This document shows positions 1 to 11,549 of a stretch of 64,000 nucleotides of DNA, piece by piece (the first letter of the stretch is position 1; every line of letters starts with the position of its first letter). The stretch is from Gammaproteobacteria bacterium (GTDB lineage Bacteria; Pseudomonadota; Gammaproteobacteria; WFUO01), in NCBI GenBank assembly GCA_015484945.1, contig WFUO01000060.1, forward strand, positions 2,536 to 66,535. The letters are read 5' to 3'. Below the pieces are notes generated by a model that was not told the DNA's origin, ran no database searches, and worked only from the letters and a program-made list of their open reading frames with translations. The translations under genes were made by a program, and so were the position numbers.

Positions 1-2312
1 GTGTGTCGCGATCGTCGGCGCTGGCCTCCAAGGCCACCGGTTTTCCCATCGCCCGGGTGGCGGCCAAGCTGGCGGTCGGCTACACGCTGGACGAGCTGCA
101 GAACGATATCACGGGGGGCCGGACACCGGCATCGTTCGAACCCTCCATCGACTATGTAGTCACCAAGATTCCGCGTTTCACGTTCGAAAAATTTCCTCAG
201 GCCGATGCGCGCCTGACCACGCAGATGAAGTCGGTGGGTGAGGTCATGGCCATTGGCCGCACTCAGCAGGAATCCTTGCACAAGGCCCTGCGCGGTCTCG
301 AGGTCGGTTCCGACGGTTTCGACGAGAAGGTCGATCTTGCGCGGGACGATGCGCGCGAGATCATCCGCCGCGAGCTGACCGTGGTCGGCGCGGATCGCAT
401 CTGGTATATCGGCGATGCATTCCGCGCCGGATTCTCGCTGGATGAGATTCACGCCATGACCAGCATCGATCGCTGGTTCCTGGCCCAGATCGAGGATCTG
501 ATCCGTACCGAGGAATCCATACGCGGCAAGGCGCTGAAGGAGATTGACCGTGAACTGATGCGCGAACTCAAACGCAAGGGCTTTTCCGACCGGCGGCTGG
601 CCAGACTGCTCGGGATCGATGAAAAGCGTCTGCGTAGCCATCGTCATAAACTTGGCATACGCCCGGTGTACAAGCGCGTGGACACCTGCGCGGCGGAATT
701 CGCCACCGATACCGCCTACATGTACTCCACCTACGAGGAAGAGTGCGAAGCCGAGCCGACAGACCGTGAAAAGATCATGGTTCTGGGCGGCGGACCAAAC
801 CGTATCGGTCAGGGCATCGAGTTCGATTACTGCTGTGTGCACGCTGCGCTGGCGATGCGCGAGGATGGCTACGAGACCATCATGGTCAACTGCAACCCCG
901 AGACGGTTTCCACCGACTATGATACTTCCGACCGGCTGTACTTCGAGCCGTTGACGCTTGAGGATGTTCTCGAGATCGTTGACAGGGAAAAACCCACCGG
1001 TGTGATCGTCCAATATGGTGGCCAGACGCCGCTCAAGCTGGCGCGTGATCTCGAGGCGGCGGGCGTGCCCATCATCGGCACGTCGCCGGATTCCATCGAT
1101 CTGGCCGAGGACCGCGAGCGCTTCCAGAAACTGATGGCCAGGCTCAACCTGCTGCAGCCGCCCAACCGTACCGCGCGCGATGCGCACGAGGCGGTGCTGC
1201 TGGCGCGCGAGATCGGCTACCCGCTGGTCGTGCGACCGTCCTATGTGCTTGGTGGCCGGGCCATGGAGATCGTTTACAACGAGGAAGACCTGGAACGGTA
1301 TATGACCGAGGCGGTACAGGTTTCCAACGAATCACCGGTGTTGCTTGACCGGTTCCTCAACGATGCCGTTGAGGTCGATATCGACGCCATCTGCGACGGC
1401 AAGGATGTGCTGATCGGCGGCATCATGGAGCACATCGAGGAGGCAGGGGTGCATTCCGGTGACTCGGCCTGCTCGCTGCCACCGTACACGCTCAGCCGTG
1501 ACATCCAGGATCGCCTGCGCCGCAAGATCCGCGAGTTGGCGCTGGAGCTCGATGTGGTGGGGCTGATGAACACCCAGTTCGCCATTCAGGGCGACAAGAT
1601 CTACATGCTCGAGGTCAACCCGCGCGCTTCACGCACGGTACCGTTCGTATCCAAGGCCACAGGACGACCGCTGGCCAAGATCGCCGCACGCTGCATGGTT
1701 GGCAAGACACTGGTCGAGCAGGGCGTGCTCGAAGAGATCGTGCCGGATTATTACGCGGTCAAGGAATCGGTATTCCCGTTCATCAAGTTCCCGGGTGTAG
1801 ATTCCATACTCGGCCCGGAGATGAAATCGACCGGCGAAGTCATGGGCGTGGGCGCCACCTTCGCCGAGGCCTTTGCCAAGGCCCAGTATGGTGCCGGGGT
1901 TGAACTGCCCCGCAGCGGCAAGGCCTTCATCAGCGTCAAGGACACCGACAAGGAGGCCGCGATCGAGGTGGCGCGTGACCTGCAGGCGCTGGGTTATGAA
2001 CTCATCGCCACCGATGGCACGGCCCGGGCACTGAAAAACAGCGGTCTCGAATGCCAGGTGATCAACAAGGTCTATCAGGGCGAGCCGCATATCGTGGACA
2101 TGATCAAGAACGGCGAGATCAGCCTGATCGTCAACACCACGCTGGGCAAGCAGGCCATCGCCGACTCCTACACCATCCGCCGCGAGGCCCTGAACCACAA
2201 GGTGACCTATACTACGACCATGGCCGGCGCGCGCGCGATGGCGCTGGCCCTGGGACAGCTGGATGGCGAGACCGTCATCAGCCTGCAGGAACTTCACAAG
2301 GAGGCCTCTTGA
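1..2312 (+). CDS. carB: Carbamoyl-phosphate synthase large subunit (5' truncated by window edge)
   Basis: Motifs [41 protein letters not shown] and [13 protein letters not shown]; C-terminal MGS-like domain; stop TGA overlaps the greA ATG. Confidence 0.98.
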   Translation, partial: VSRSSALASKATGFPIARVAAKLAVGYTLDELQNDITGGRTPASFEPSIDYVVTKIPRFTFEKFPQADARLTTQMKSVGEVMAIGRTQQESLHKALRGLEVGSDGFDEKVDLARDDAREIIRRELTVVGADRIWYIGDAFRAGFSLDEIHAMTSIDRWFLAQIEDLIRTEESIRGKALKEIDRELMRELKRKGFSDRRLARLLGIDEKRLRSHRHKLGIRPVYKRVDTCAAEFATDTAYMYSTYEEECEAEPTDREKIMVLGGGPNRIGQGIEFDYCCVHAALAMREDGYETIMVNCNPETVSTDYDTSDRLYFEPLTLEDVLEIVDREKPTGVIVQYGGQTPLKLARDLEAAGVPIIGTSPDSIDLAEDRERFQKLMARLNLLQPPNRTARDAHEAVLLAREIGYPLVVRPSYVLGGRAMEIVYNEEDLERYMTEAVQVSNESPVLLDRFLNDAVEVDIDAICDGKDVLIGGIMEHIEEAGVHSGDSACSLPPYTLSRDIQDRLRRKIRELALELDVVGLMNTQFAIQGDKIYMLEVNPRASRTVPFVSKATGRPLAKIAARCMVGKTLVEQGVLEEIVPDYYAVKESVFPFIKFPGVDSILGPEMKSTGEVMGVGATFAEAFAKAQYGAGVELPRSGKAFISVKDTDKEAAIEVARDLQALGYELIATDGTARALKNSGLECQVINKVYQGEPHIVDMIKNGEISLIVNTTLGKQAIADSYTIRREALNHKVTYTTTMAGARAMALALGQLDGETVISLQELHKEAS

Positions 2313-2788
2313 TGGAAAAGGTGCCATTGACATTGCGTGGCGCGGAGAAACTCAAGGAAGAACTCAAGCGCCTGAAAAACGAGGACCGGCCGCGAGTCAT
2401 CAAAGCCATTGCCGAGGCGCGTGAACATGGTGATCTGAAGGAAAACGCAGAATACCATGCTGCACGTGAGGAGCAGAGTTTTATCGAAGGCCGCATCAAG
2501 GATATCGAGGCCAAGCTTTCGAATGCGCAGATCATCGACGTCACCAAGATGAACGCCGACGGCAAGGTCATCTTTGGCGCCACTGTGGTACTGGCAGATG
2601 AAGAGACCGGTGATGAGGTCAGCTATCAGATCGTTGGCGAGGACGAAGCCGACATAAAGCAAGGCAAGATCTCGGTTACCTCGCCGATCGCGCGTGCCCT
2701 GATCGGAAAGCACGAGGGTGATATCGCCGTTGTCAGGGCCCCGGGTGGCGACCGCGAGTACGAGATCGTCGAGGTCAAATACATCTGA
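2312..2788 (+). CDS. greA: Transcription elongation factor GreA
   Basis: ATG at 2312 (TGATG overlap); [18 protein letters not shown] and [13 protein letters not shown] motifs; classic carB-greA order. Confidence 0.97.
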   Translation: MEKVPLTLRGAEKLKEELKRLKNEDRPRVIKAIAEAREHGDLKENAEYHAAREEQSFIEGRIKDIEAKLSNAQIIDVTKMNADGKVIFGATVVLADEETGDEVSYQIVGEDEADIKQGKISVTSPIARALIGKHEGDIAVVRAPGGDREYEIVEVKYI

Positions 2789-3252
2789 TGAGATTCGAGA
2801 TGCGCAGTGGCGCGGAACGCATCGCCCTGACCCTGTGGGTGGGTGGCATGTGGGTGATCGGTTATATCGTTGCGCCCACACTGTTCACGGTGCTCGATGA
2901 CAACCGGACGTTGGCCGGTGAGATCGCCGGCCGTCTGTTCACGATCATGAGTTATCTGGGCCTGGCGTGTGGTGTCATCATTCTGGTCGCCCTGCTGGTG
3001 CGTAATGGTGTGCGGTGGCGCGACGGGCGTGTGATCACGGTGTTGCTGATGCTGCTCGTCACGTTGGTTGGTCAGTTCGTGCTGCAACCGATGATGGCCG
3101 AGCTCAAGGCTGCGGGTATTGCTGAAGGCAGTGAAGCCGCCACACAGTTTGCCCTTCTGCATGGCATCTCTTCATCGCTGTTTCTGTTCAACAGTCTGTT
3201 GGGGCTGGGGCTGGTCGTCTTTTCGTCTTCCGGCGGTTTGTCCGAAAACTGA
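2788..3252 (+). CDS. DUF4149 (TMEM205-like) inner-membrane protein
   Basis: About 4 hydrophobic segments; TLWVGGMWVIGYIVAPTLF, AGEIAGRLF and FALLHGISS motifs; TGATG coupling to greA. Confidence 0.8.
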   Translation: MRFEMRSGAERIALTLWVGGMWVIGYIVAPTLFTVLDDNRTLAGEIAGRLFTIMSYLGLACGVIILVALLVRNGVRWRDGRVITVLLMLLVTLVGQFVLQPMMAELKAAGIAEGSEAATQFALLHGISSSLFLFNSLLGLGLVVFSSSGGLSEN

Positions 3253-3261
3253 GGTCCTGCG

Positions 3262-3564
3262 TCAGTCTTCCTTGCCCGGAAAACGGATCCGCGCCTTGTG
3301 CGAGCGCCGGAAAAGCACCGCGACATGACCGATCTGCTGAACCAGGCTGGCGTTGACCTCGGCGCAGATTTTCCCGATCATGGCCTTGCGTTCCTCGCGT
3401 TCGGCACCGCTGATGCGGATCTTGATCAACTCGTGATGGGCAATGGCCTGCTCGATTTCGCGCATGACGTTTTCGCTCAAGCCATGCTGCCCGATAAGTA
3501 CCACGGGCTTGCGCGCGTGAGCCAGTTTTCTGAGATGACGCTTCTGGGGTTCGGTGAGTTTCAT
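3262..3564 (-). CDS. yhbY: CRM-domain ribosome assembly RNA-binding protein YhbY
   Basis: ATG at 3564; QKRHLRKLAH, KPVVLIGQHGL, HELIKIRI and VQQIGHVAVLFR; divergent from rlmE as usual. Confidence 0.93.
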   Translation of the reverse strand: MKLTEPQKRHLRKLAHARKPVVLIGQHGLSENVMREIEQAIAHHELIKIRISGAEREERKAMIGKICAEVNASLVQQIGHVAVLFRRSHKARIRFPGKED

Positions 3565-3844
3565 GACACAATCACAACATGGCGGTCCGGATGAAGGGGG
3601 CCAGAGTGTAACACGAAGCCGGCGCGGATTCAGTGTGCCGGCCAGCCCGTTGAATACGGTCAAACTGGATCTGGGTGTCATTCTGTTGCTGGGAGTATTG
3701 CTCGTGCTGACCGTTGACCGGCTGGTGCCAGGCCGTGTGTGGCAGATCGTGACCCTGGCCGGCGCCGGGGCACTGGGCGCCATCTGGCTGATATGGCGCG
3801 CACGGCGTATCGTCGCGCGCCAGGAGCGGGAAAATGGCGCGTAG
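3554..3844 (+). CDS. Small two-TM hypothetical membrane protein (true start uncertain, possibly GTG 3635 or TTG 3650)
   Basis: Two hydrophobic helices ([15 protein letters not shown]; [17 protein letters not shown]) and a basic tail; 3' end overlaps the rlmE start by 11 nt. Confidence 0.55.
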   Translation: MSFMTQSQHGGPDEGGQSVTRSRRGFSVPASPLNTVKLDLGVILLLGVLLVLTVDRLVPGRVWQIVTLAGAGALGAIWLIWRARRIVARQERENGA

Positions 3845-4454
3845 CAAGAGCAGCAACCGTTGGTTGAACGAGCATTTTCGTGACGAATATGTCAAGCGCG
3901 CGCAGAGCGAGGGCTACCGCGCGCGCGCGGTTTACAAGCTCATGGAACTCGACGGGAAGGATCGTCTGATCCGGCCCGGCATGACGATCGTGGATCTGGG
4001 CGCCGCTCCCGGTGGCTGGTCGCAGTACGCGGCGCGCAGGCTTGCCGGCAAGGGCAGGATCATCGCCCTCGACATCCTCGGAATGGAACCGCTCGACGGG
4101 GTGGAATTCATCCAGGGGGATTTCCGCGAACAGGAGGTGCTCGACCGCTTGCTGGAAACATTGGGCGATCACCGGGCCGACCTTGTGATGTCAGACATGG
4201 CACCCAATATCAGTGGTATGAGCGCGGTCGATCAGCCACGCGCGATGTATCTGTGCGAGCTGGCACTGGCGCTGGCTGACGAAGTACTGAAAAAGGGTGG
4301 TGATTTTATCGTCAAGCTGTTTCAGGGCGAGGGTTTCGATGACTATGCCAGACAGCTTCGGGCACGATTCGACAAGGTGATGTTCCGCAAGCCCAGGGCC
4401 TCCAGACCCCGCAGCCGTGAGGTCTATGCGCTTGGCAAGGGCTTTCGAGGCTGA
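3834..4454 (+). CDS. rlmE: 23S rRNA Um2552 methyltransferase RlmE/FtsJ
   Basis: [31 protein letters not shown] and [11 protein letters not shown] motifs. Confidence 0.97.
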   Translation: MARSKSSNRWLNEHFRDEYVKRAQSEGYRARAVYKLMELDGKDRLIRPGMTIVDLGAAPGGWSQYAARRLAGKGRIIALDILGMEPLDGVEFIQGDFREQEVLDRLLETLGDHRADLVMSDMAPNISGMSAVDQPRAMYLCELALALADEVLKKGGDFIVKLFQGEGFDDYARQLRARFDKVMFRKPRASRPRSREVYALGKGFRG

Positions 4455-4601
4455 ACTTTGACGCTGGTCTGGGGTATTATAATAGTGTAATGTTTCATGC
4501 AGAGATTCGCGGATGTCAGCTGACCCCGATCAACGGATTTCCTGCCCCGGTCCGGTCACCAGCCGGCGTTGACTGAATTTTCAGGTAAAGAATTGAACGA
4601 T

Positions 4602-6521
4602 ATGGCCAAAAATCTGATTCTGTGGGTGATCATTGCAGTCATCCTGATGTCCGTGTTCAATCATTTCGGGCCCGGTACGCCGGCACGGAAGTACAGCTAT
4701 TCGGAGTTCATCCAGGCGGTGCGCAGCAACCAGGTGCGCGAGGTCAAGATCGACGGACGCACGATTCACGGCATCAGCGTCACCAATGAACGCTTCCTCA
4801 CCTATGCGCCGCCCGGCGATACGGTGGCGATGATGAAAGACCTGCTCAATCACAAGGTCAATGTGATCGCCACGCCGCCGGAAAAGACATCGATCTGGGC
4901 GCAGATCTTCATCTCCTGGTTCCCGATGCTGTTGCTGATCGGGGTGTGGATCTTCTTCATGCGCCAGATGCAGGGTGGCGGCGGTGGCCGCGGCGCAATG
5001 TCGTTTGGCAAGAGCCGCGCGCGCATGCTGGGAGAAGATCAGGTCAAGGTCACCTTTGCCGATGTGGCCGGTGTTGAGGAAGCCAAGGAAGAGGTGGCCG
5101 AACTGGTTGAATTTCTGCGTGATCCGGGCAAGTTCCAGAAGCTGGGCGGCAAGATCCCGCGCGGCGTGCTGATGGTCGGCAGCCCGGGTACCGGCAAGAC
5201 CCTGCTGGCCAAGGCCATCGCCGGCGAGGCCAAGGTGCCTTTCTTTACCATATCGGGTTCCGACTTCGTCGAGATGTTCGTCGGTGTAGGCGCCTCGCGC
5301 GTACGCGACATGTTCGAGCAGGCCAAGAAGACCGCACCGTGCATCATCTTCATTGATGAAATCGATGCCGTGGGTCGTCATCGCGGTGCCGGCCTCGGCG
5401 GCGGACACGATGAACGCGAGCAGACCCTCAACCAGCTGCTGGTTGAAATGGATGGCTTCGAGGGCAACGAAGGCGTTATCGTCATCGCCGCGACCAACCG
5501 CCCGGATGTGCTCGACCCGGCCCTGTTGCGTCCCGGACGCTTCGACCGTCAGGTGGTCGTGCCGTTGCCGGATGTGCGTGGGCGCGAACAGATTCTCAAG
5601 GTACACATGCGAAAAGTGCCGCTGGGTGACGACGTGAAACCTTCCATCATCGCTCGCGGCACGCCCGGTTTTTCGGGCGCCGATCTGGCCAACCTGGTCA
5701 ACGAGGCCGCGCTGTTCGCCGCACGCGCCAACAAACGGGTCGTGACGATGGACGACTTCGAGCGCGCCAAGGACAAGATCATGATGGGCGCCGAACGCAA
5801 GTCCATGGTCATGAGCGACGATGAAAAGAAGCTTACCGCCTATCACGAGGCCGGGCATGCCATCGTCGGCCTGTCCGTACCGTCGCACGATCCGGTTTAC
5901 AAGGTCACCATCATTCCGCGTGGCCGCGCGCTGGGCGTGACCATGTTCCTGCCCGAGGAAGACCGCTACAGTTACAGCAAGGAGCGCCTCAACAGCCAAA
6001 TCTGTTCACTGTTTGGTGGCCGTATCGCAGAGGAGCTGATCTTCGGCGAGGACAAGGTAACCACCGGCGCCTCCAACGACATCGAGCGCGCGACCGAGAT
6101 CGCGCGCAACATGGTTACCAAATGGGGCTTGTCCGAGAAGCTTGGACCGCTTGCCTACAGTGAGGACGAGGGTGAGGTGTTCCTTGGTCATTCGGTGGCG
6201 CGTCACAAGAACATCTCTGACGAAACGGCGCACGACATCGACAGCGAGGTGCGGCATATCATCGAGAGCAACTATGCGCGTGCACGCAAGATCCTGGAAG
6301 ACAATATCGACAAGCTGCACCTGATGGCAGATGCGCTCATCAAGTACGAGACCATCGACACCGATCAGATCGACGATATCATGCAGGGCAAGCCGCCCCG
6401 TCCGCCGGCGGAATGGAGTGATGACGAGCCGACCGCAGGCACCGGAGATCAGGCCGGGCAGGCCGGCGAGCAACCCGGGAAAGGCAAGGGGCCAATCGGT
6501 GGTCCGGCTGGAGAGCACTGA
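4602..6521 (+). CDS. ftsH: ATP-dependent zinc metalloprotease FtsH
   Basis: ATG at 4602 (MAKNLILW); 2 TM segments; Walker A GSPGTGKT, Walker B IIFIDEID and HEAGH zinc motif. Confidence 0.98.
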   Translation: MAKNLILWVIIAVILMSVFNHFGPGTPARKYSYSEFIQAVRSNQVREVKIDGRTIHGISVTNERFLTYAPPGDTVAMMKDLLNHKVNVIATPPEKTSIWAQIFISWFPMLLLIGVWIFFMRQMQGGGGGRGAMSFGKSRARMLGEDQVKVTFADVAGVEEAKEEVAELVEFLRDPGKFQKLGGKIPRGVLMVGSPGTGKTLLAKAIAGEAKVPFFTISGSDFVEMFVGVGASRVRDMFEQAKKTAPCIIFIDEIDAVGRHRGAGLGGGHDEREQTLNQLLVEMDGFEGNEGVIVIAATNRPDVLDPALLRPGRFDRQVVVPLPDVRGREQILKVHMRKVPLGDDVKPSIIARGTPGFSGADLANLVNEAALFAARANKRVVTMDDFERAKDKIMMGAERKSMVMSDDEKKLTAYHEAGHAIVGLSVPSHDPVYKVTIIPRGRALGVTMFLPEEDRYSYSKERLNSQICSLFGGRIAEELIFGEDKVTTGASNDIERATEIARNMVTKWGLSEKLGPLAYSEDEGEVFLGHSVARHKNISDETAHDIDSEVRHIIESNYARARKILEDNIDKLHLMADALIKYETIDTDQIDDIMQGKPPRPPAEWSDDEPTAGTGDQAGQAGEQPGKGKGPIGGPAGEH

Positions 6522-6757
6522 TCTTACGCCGCTGGTTGCGGTATGAGGCCCGATAGACAAAGGCAATGTCCGTTTCTCAGGCATTGCCGCGTCATTTCGG
6601 CGCGGTTTAACTGAATGCGTTCTCCATGGTGAAGCCGGGCGGGTATCTGTACATGATGGACAGATATGGTTATTCCGGTTGCCTGGTAACTGTATCTGAA
6701 TTGATTCTGGTTCTCCTATGTATCGCCTTCATTCAGGCGCATCATCTGTAAATAGAG

Positions 6758-7627
6758 ATGGATGACGTGCATCCAGGTTTGCAGCTCGGCGACATCCGGC
6801 TCGAGGCGGGGCGCTGCCATGTCATGGGTATTCTCAATGTGACACCGGATTCGTTTTCCGATGGTGGTCGTTTCGCCGTCAGGGATGCGGCCTTGCGTCA
6901 TGCCGAGGCGATGATCGACGAAGGGGTGGATATCATCGATGTCGGTGGCGAGTCCACCCGTCCGGGTGCTGAACCGGTTTCGGCCGATGAGGAACTGGCG
7001 CGCGTGATGCCGGTCATCGAGGAACTGTGCGCCAATCATGAGATACCGGTGTCGGTGGATACGAGCAAGGCCGAGGTCATGCGCGCGGCCGTGGATGCCG
7101 GCGCGGTCATGATCAACGATGTGCGTGCGCTGCGTGAGCCGGGTGCGCTGGATGTGGCTGCCGCAAGTGGGGTGGCCGTCTGCCTGATGCACATGCTCGG
7201 CGAGCCACGTACCATGCAGAATGATCCACGCTATGATGATGTCGTCGGTGAGGTGCTGAATTTTCTTCAACAACGCGTCGAGGTCTGCCGCGCTGCGGGA
7301 ATAGACCGTACACGCATTGTGATCGATCCCGGTTTCGGTTTCGGCAAGACCCTTGTGCAGAACCTGCGCCTGCTTGCCTCGCTGGACCGTTTCGTTGCCA
7401 CTGGCCTGCCAGTGCTGGCGGGTATATCGCGCAAGCGCATGCTGGGAGAGATACTGCATGGCGCGGATGTGAACCACCGCCTGTACGCGAGTGTCTCGGC
7501 TGCGGTAATATCGGCTCAGGCTGGTGTGGCTATCGTACGGGTGCACGATGTCGCCGCCACGCTGGATGCACTCAAGGTGGTCGAGGCCTTGCGTGAACAG
7601 GAAGCGGTCGGTGATGCCCAAGCATAA
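6758..7627 (+). CDS. folP: Dihydropteroate synthase
   Basis: VMGILNVTPDSFSDGG, IDVGGESTRPG, DPGFGFGK, SRK and RVHDV motifs. Confidence 0.97.
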   Translation: MDDVHPGLQLGDIRLEAGRCHVMGILNVTPDSFSDGGRFAVRDAALRHAEAMIDEGVDIIDVGGESTRPGAEPVSADEELARVMPVIEELCANHEIPVSVDTSKAEVMRAAVDAGAVMINDVRALREPGALDVAAASGVAVCLMHMLGEPRTMQNDPRYDDVVGEVLNFLQQRVEVCRAAGIDRTRIVIDPGFGFGKTLVQNLRLLASLDRFVATGLPVLAGISRKRMLGEILHGADVNHRLYASVSAAVISAQAGVAIVRVHDVAATLDALKVVEALREQEAVGDAQA

Positions 7628-7642
7628 AGAACTGGCGAGCAG

Positions 7643-8977
7643 ATGAGAAAATATTTTGGCACAGACGGCATCCGTGGCAGGGTGGGGGAACACCCGGTGA
7701 CCCCGGATTTCATGCTCAAGCTTGGCTGGGCCGCGGGTGTGGTGCTGGCGAGCGGCAATGGTGGACGTGTGCTGATCGGCAAGGATACGCGCATCTCCGG
7801 CTACATGTTCGAATCCGCCTTGCAGGCCGGCCTGTCGGCCGCCGGGGTGGATATCCATTTGCTAGGTCCGATGCCGACCCCCGGCATCGCGTATCTGACC
7901 CGTACGTTACACATGGACGCCGGGATCGTCATCAGCGCCTCGCACAATCCCTATTACGACAACGGCATCAAGTTCTTCTCATCGGCCGGCACCAAGCTCG
8001 ATGACGAACTGGAAAATGCCATCGAGGAATATCTCGAGCGCCCGATGACCACGGTGGATTCGAGTCATCTCGGCAAGGCACAGCGCGTGGCTGACGCGGC
8101 CGGGCGTTATATCGAGTTCTGCAAGGCCAGCGTACCGAATGGTCTCGATCTGCGTGGCATGAAGATCGTCGTCGATTGCGCCAATGGCGCCACCTATCAC
8201 ATCACGCCACAGGTATTCCATGAGCTGGGTGCCGAGGTGGTCGAGACCGGCACCAGCCCCGACGGGCTCAATATCAACCAGGGTTGCGGGTCCACAAGTC
8301 CCGAAGCGTTGGCCGGGACTGTGGTGCGCGAACAGGCCGATGTAGGCGTGGCACTGGATGGGGATGGCGACCGGGTGATCATGGTCGATGCACAAGGCCA
8401 GGTCGTGGATGGTGACGAACTGCTGTTCATCATTGCGCGCGCCCGCCATGCCAGGGGTGAGCTGCCTGGCAAGGTGATTGGCACACAGATGAGCAACCTG
8501 GGTCTCGAACATGCGTTGGCAGCGCTGGGCATCGGTTTCGAACGCGCCCGGGTCGGCGACCGCTACGTGATGGAACGCCTGCACGCCAACGGGTCGGTCA
8601 TTGGTGGTGAAGGTTCGGGGCATATCATCTGCCTGGACCGCACCACGACCGGTGATGGCACCATTGCCGCCCTGCAGGTGCTGGCCGCCATGCGTGAGAC
8701 CGGCGAGCCGCTGCATGAACTCAAGTCTGGGATGCGCAAGTATCCGCAGATTCTCATCAATGTGCCGGCCGCGCAACAACTCGATCTCGACGGTCACGCC
8801 GATATCCAGGCCGTGGTCAGCGAGGCAGAGCAACAGCTCGACGGACAAGGCCGGGTGCTTTTGCGGCCATCGGGCACCGAACCGCTGGTGCGGGTCATGG
8901 TCGAGGGCAGGGATTCGCGGCTGGTCGAATCCCTGGCGCGTCGGATCGCCGATGCGGTACAGACGGCATTGGCCTGA
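7643..8977 (+). CDS. glmM: Phosphoglucosamine mutase
   Basis: [25 protein letters not shown] and RPSGTEP motifs. Confidence 0.97.
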   Translation: MRKYFGTDGIRGRVGEHPVTPDFMLKLGWAAGVVLASGNGGRVLIGKDTRISGYMFESALQAGLSAAGVDIHLLGPMPTPGIAYLTRTLHMDAGIVISASHNPYYDNGIKFFSSAGTKLDDELENAIEEYLERPMTTVDSSHLGKAQRVADAAGRYIEFCKASVPNGLDLRGMKIVVDCANGATYHITPQVFHELGAEVVETGTSPDGLNINQGCGSTSPEALAGTVVREQADVGVALDGDGDRVIMVDAQGQVVDGDELLFIIARARHARGELPGKVIGTQMSNLGLEHALAALGIGFERARVGDRYVMERLHANGSVIGGEGSGHIICLDRTTTGDGTIAALQVLAAMRETGEPLHELKSGMRKYPQILINVPAAQQLDLDGHADIQAVVSEAEQQLDGQGRVLLRPSGTEPLVRVMVEGRDSRLVESLARRIADAVQTALA

Positions 8978-9014
8978 GTATTGCCCGGATTTTGGCGTAT
9001 TTCCCCATATCCGA

Positions 9015-9043
9015 TTGATTTATTGGCGCATGACCGGTATTCT
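9015..9043 (+). promoter_or_regulatory. Putative sigma-70 promoter for tpiA
   Basis: TTGATT-N17-TATTCT upstream of SD AGGAG and the tpiA ATG. Confidence 0.5.
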
Positions 9044-9091
9044 TGCCGGCGTTTTCCACGGCATTGAACGAATATTCAGGAGTCAGGCGGC

Positions 9092-9841
9092 ATGCGACGC
9101 AAGCTGGTAGCAGGTAACTGGAAGATGAACGGCAATCGCGAGAGTATCCGTACTCTCGTCGAGGGTATAAAAAACGGCTTGGATGGCGTGAACTGTGATG
9201 TGGCCGTCTGCCCTCCGGCCGTGTACATCCCCAAGGTCGCTGGCATGCTCGATGGCGTGCCTGTTGAGGTCGGCGCGCAGAATGTCTGTGATCAGGACAG
9301 CGGTGCCTTCACCGGCGAGATCTCGGGTGCCATGTTGGCCGAATGTGGCTGTAAATATGCGATCGTCGGTCACTCCGAACGCCGGAGCCTGTATGGCGAG
9401 ACCGATGAGCTGGTCGCCGCGCGATTTGCCGCTGCGCGACGCAACGGCCTGGTGCCGATACTGTGTGTGGGTGAGACACTCGAGGAACGTGAAAACGGTA
9501 CTACCGAGGCCGTGGTCGCGCGTCAGATCGACGCCGTCATCGCCGTCGAGGGTGTGGCCGGGTTCGATGGCGCCGTGATCGCCTACGAGCCGGTTTGGGC
9601 CATCGGAACCGGCAAGACCGCGACACCCGAGATGGCGCAGGAGGTACATGCCTTCATTCGCGGCAAGATCGCCGGGCTCGACCAGGCCATTGCCGACAAG
9701 CTGGTGATCCAGTACGGTGGTAGCATGAACCCGGGTAACGCGGCCGACCTTCTGGCGATGGAAGACATCGATGGTGGACTGATCGGTGGCGCGTCGTTGA
9801 AGGCGGATGATTTTCTGGCGATCTGCAAGGCCGCCAGCTGA
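9092..9841 (+). CDS. tpiA: Triosephosphate isomerase
   Basis: AGNWKMN, GHSERR, AYEPVWAIGTG, YGGS and GGASL motifs. Confidence 0.98.
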   Translation: MRRKLVAGNWKMNGNRESIRTLVEGIKNGLDGVNCDVAVCPPAVYIPKVAGMLDGVPVEVGAQNVCDQDSGAFTGEISGAMLAECGCKYAIVGHSERRSLYGETDELVAARFAAARRNGLVPILCVGETLEERENGTTEAVVARQIDAVIAVEGVAGFDGAVIAYEPVWAIGTGKTATPEMAQEVHAFIRGKIAGLDQAIADKLVIQYGGSMNPGNAADLLAMEDIDGGLIGGASLKADDFLAICKAAS

Positions 9842-9859
9842 ACAGGTAAACGAAATTTC

Positions 9860-10279
9860 ATGGAAACTGTACTGCTCGTCGTTCTCGTACTGGTCGCCAT
9901 CGCGTTGATCGCGCTGATCCTGCTGCAACAGGGCAAGGGTGCCGAAGCCGGTGCCGCATTCGGAGGCGGCGCTTCATCGACAGTGTTCGGCGCGCGTGGT
10001 TCGTCGTCGTTTCTGAGCCGCACCACAGCCATGCTGGCCACGTTGTTCTTCGTCATCAGCCTGGTGCTGGCTTCCCTGGCCTATCGCAAGGCCAATACCG
10101 CCGGCCTGAGCAAGACCAGTGCGGCCAGGAAACAGCCCGCCAAGGGCAAGCAGCCGGCCGGCGTCAAGCTCAAGGACGGTGTGCCGGTGGTGCCAGCCAA
10201 GCCTGCTGGCGAGATCAAAAAGACTGGCAAGCAGAGCGTGCCACCAGCCCCGGCCAAGGACAAGGCTGGCAGCCAGTAA
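9860..10279 (+). CDS. secG: Preprotein translocase subunit SecG (K/P/A-rich tail)
   Basis: [25 protein letters not shown] motif; tpiA-secG-tRNA-Leu synteny. Confidence 0.96.
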   Translation: METVLLVVLVLVAIALIALILLQQGKGAEAGAAFGGGASSTVFGARGSSSFLSRTTAMLATLFFVISLVLASLAYRKANTAGLSKTSAARKQPAKGKQPAGVKLKDGVPVVPAKPAGEIKKTGKQSVPPAPAKDKAGSQ

Positions 10280-10309
10280 CAATTTTTTCAGGTGACAGGT
10301 GCGACTATT

Positions 10310-10394
10310 GCCGATGTGGTGGAATTGGTAGACACGCTGTCTTGAGGGGGCAGTGGCGCAAGCCGTGCCGGTTCGACTCCGGCCATCGGCACCA
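10310..10394 (+). tRNA. tRNA-Leu(GAG)
   Basis: GCCGATG/CATCGGC acceptor stem, anticodon arm CTGTC-TTGAGGG-GGCAG, long variable arm, GTTCGACTC T-loop and encoded CCA; 85 nt. Confidence 0.97.
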
Positions 10395-10457
10395 TACCTG
10401 AATCGCATTTCTTATCCCGCTTTTCCCCGCTGCCCTGCCGTTGTTGGCACCGTGGTT

Positions 10458-10508
10458 GGCGTGCACAGTGCGACAAGCTGTCACAAGGCCTGTGCATACC
10501 GTTTTTTT
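10458..10508 (+). terminator. Possible intrinsic terminator after tRNA-Leu (long imperfect hairpin plus T-run)
   Basis: TGCACAG (10462-10468) pairs with CTGTGCA (10490-10496) around an inner TGCGACA/TGTCACA stem; followed by GTTTTTTT. Confidence 0.45.
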
Positions 10509-10567
10509 ATGGCCCCAAAAATCTTTTAACTCATTGTTTTAAAATAAGTAATCACATGGCATCAAAC

Positions 10568-10597
10568 TTGACACCCGTCGCCGAACTGCCCTAGACT
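10568..10597 (+). promoter_or_regulatory. Putative sigma-70 promoter of the nuo operon
   Basis: Perfect TTGACA, 18-nt spacer, TAGACT; AT-rich upstream region. Confidence 0.6.
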
Positions 10598-10719
10598 GCC
10601 TGACAGTGTTTGCACGCAACAATAACGAAGCTGACAAACGATAACGATAAGAACAACCGGACCCAGGGTCACCTGAAGTTCAACCTGGACGAAACTCGGG
10701 CGCTGTGGGAGTCAACCAT

Positions 10720-11076
10720 ATGCTGCAAAACTATCTGCCTATCCTGATCTTCCTCGCCATTGGCGTCCTTTTCGGGGTGGTGTTCCTGATCGCCGGTTTC
10801 GTCATGTCCCCGCACAAGCCCGATGCCGAGAAACTGTCGGCCTACGAGTGCGGTTTCGAACCGTTCGAGGACTCGCGCCAGGTTTTCGATGTGCGTTATT
10901 ACCTGGTGGCGATCCTGTTCATCCTGTTCGATCTGGAGATCGCTTTCCTGTTTCCATGGGCCACGGTACTGAACGAGCTGGGTTGGTTCGGTTTCAACGC
11001 CATGCTTGTGTTCCTCGGGATCCTTGTCATCGGCTTTATCTATGAATGGAAAAAAGGTGCGCTCGAATGGGAATAG
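10720..11076 (+). CDS. nuoA: NADH-quinone oxidoreductase subunit A
   Basis: ATG at 10720; [30 protein letters not shown] and [11 protein letters not shown]. Confidence 0.97.
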   Translation: MLQNYLPILIFLAIGVLFGVVFLIAGFVMSPHKPDAEKLSAYECGFEPFEDSRQVFDVRYYLVAILFILFDLEIAFLFPWATVLNELGWFGFNAMLVFLGILVIGFIYEWKKGALEWE

Positions 11077-11549
11077 AAGGCGTATTTCGCGAGGGTTTCC
11101 TGACCACCAGTGCTGACAAGCTCATCAACTGGGCGCGTACCGGTTCGATGTGGCCGATGACCTTCGGACTGGCCTGTTGTGCCGTTGAGATGATGCAGGC
11201 GGGTGCATCGCGTTACGATCTCGACCGGTTCGGCATGTTGTTTCGCCCCAGCCCGCGTCAGTCCGATGTGATGATCGTAGCCGGAACCCTGTGCAACAAG
11301 ATGGCCCCGGCATTGCGCAAGGTGTACGACCAGATGCCCGAGCCGCGCTGGGTGATCTCCATGGGATCGTGCGCCAATGGGGGTGGCTACTATCACTATT
11401 CCTATTCCGTCGTGCGGGGCTGCGACCGCATCGTGCCGGTGGATATCTACGTACCGGGTTGTCCGCCTACGGCCGAGGCGCTGTTGTACGGCATTTTACA
11501 GCTGCACAACAAGATTCGCCGTACCAACACCATTGCCAGGGTGGATTGA
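11067..11549 (+). CDS. nuoB: NADH-quinone oxidoreductase subunit B
   Basis: ATG at 11067; [20 protein letters not shown] and VPGCPP (N2 cluster ligands). Confidence 0.98.
   Translation: MGIEGVFREGFLTTSADKLINWARTGSMWPMTFGLACCAVEMMQAGASRYDLDRFGMLFRPSPRQSDVMIVAGTLCNKMAPALRKVYDQMPEPRWVISMGSCANGGGYYHYSYSVVRGCDRIVPVDIYVPGCPPTAEALLYGILQLHNKIRRTNTIARVD

Noticed and set aside
4458-4483. TTGACG...TATAAT promoter before ftsH
   Set aside because: The spacer is only 14 nt. The -10 may be real, but the pair cannot be supported.
8981-9010. Sigma-32-like CCCCATAT before tpiA
   Set aside because: There is no TTGAAA-like -35 at the 13-14 nt spacing.
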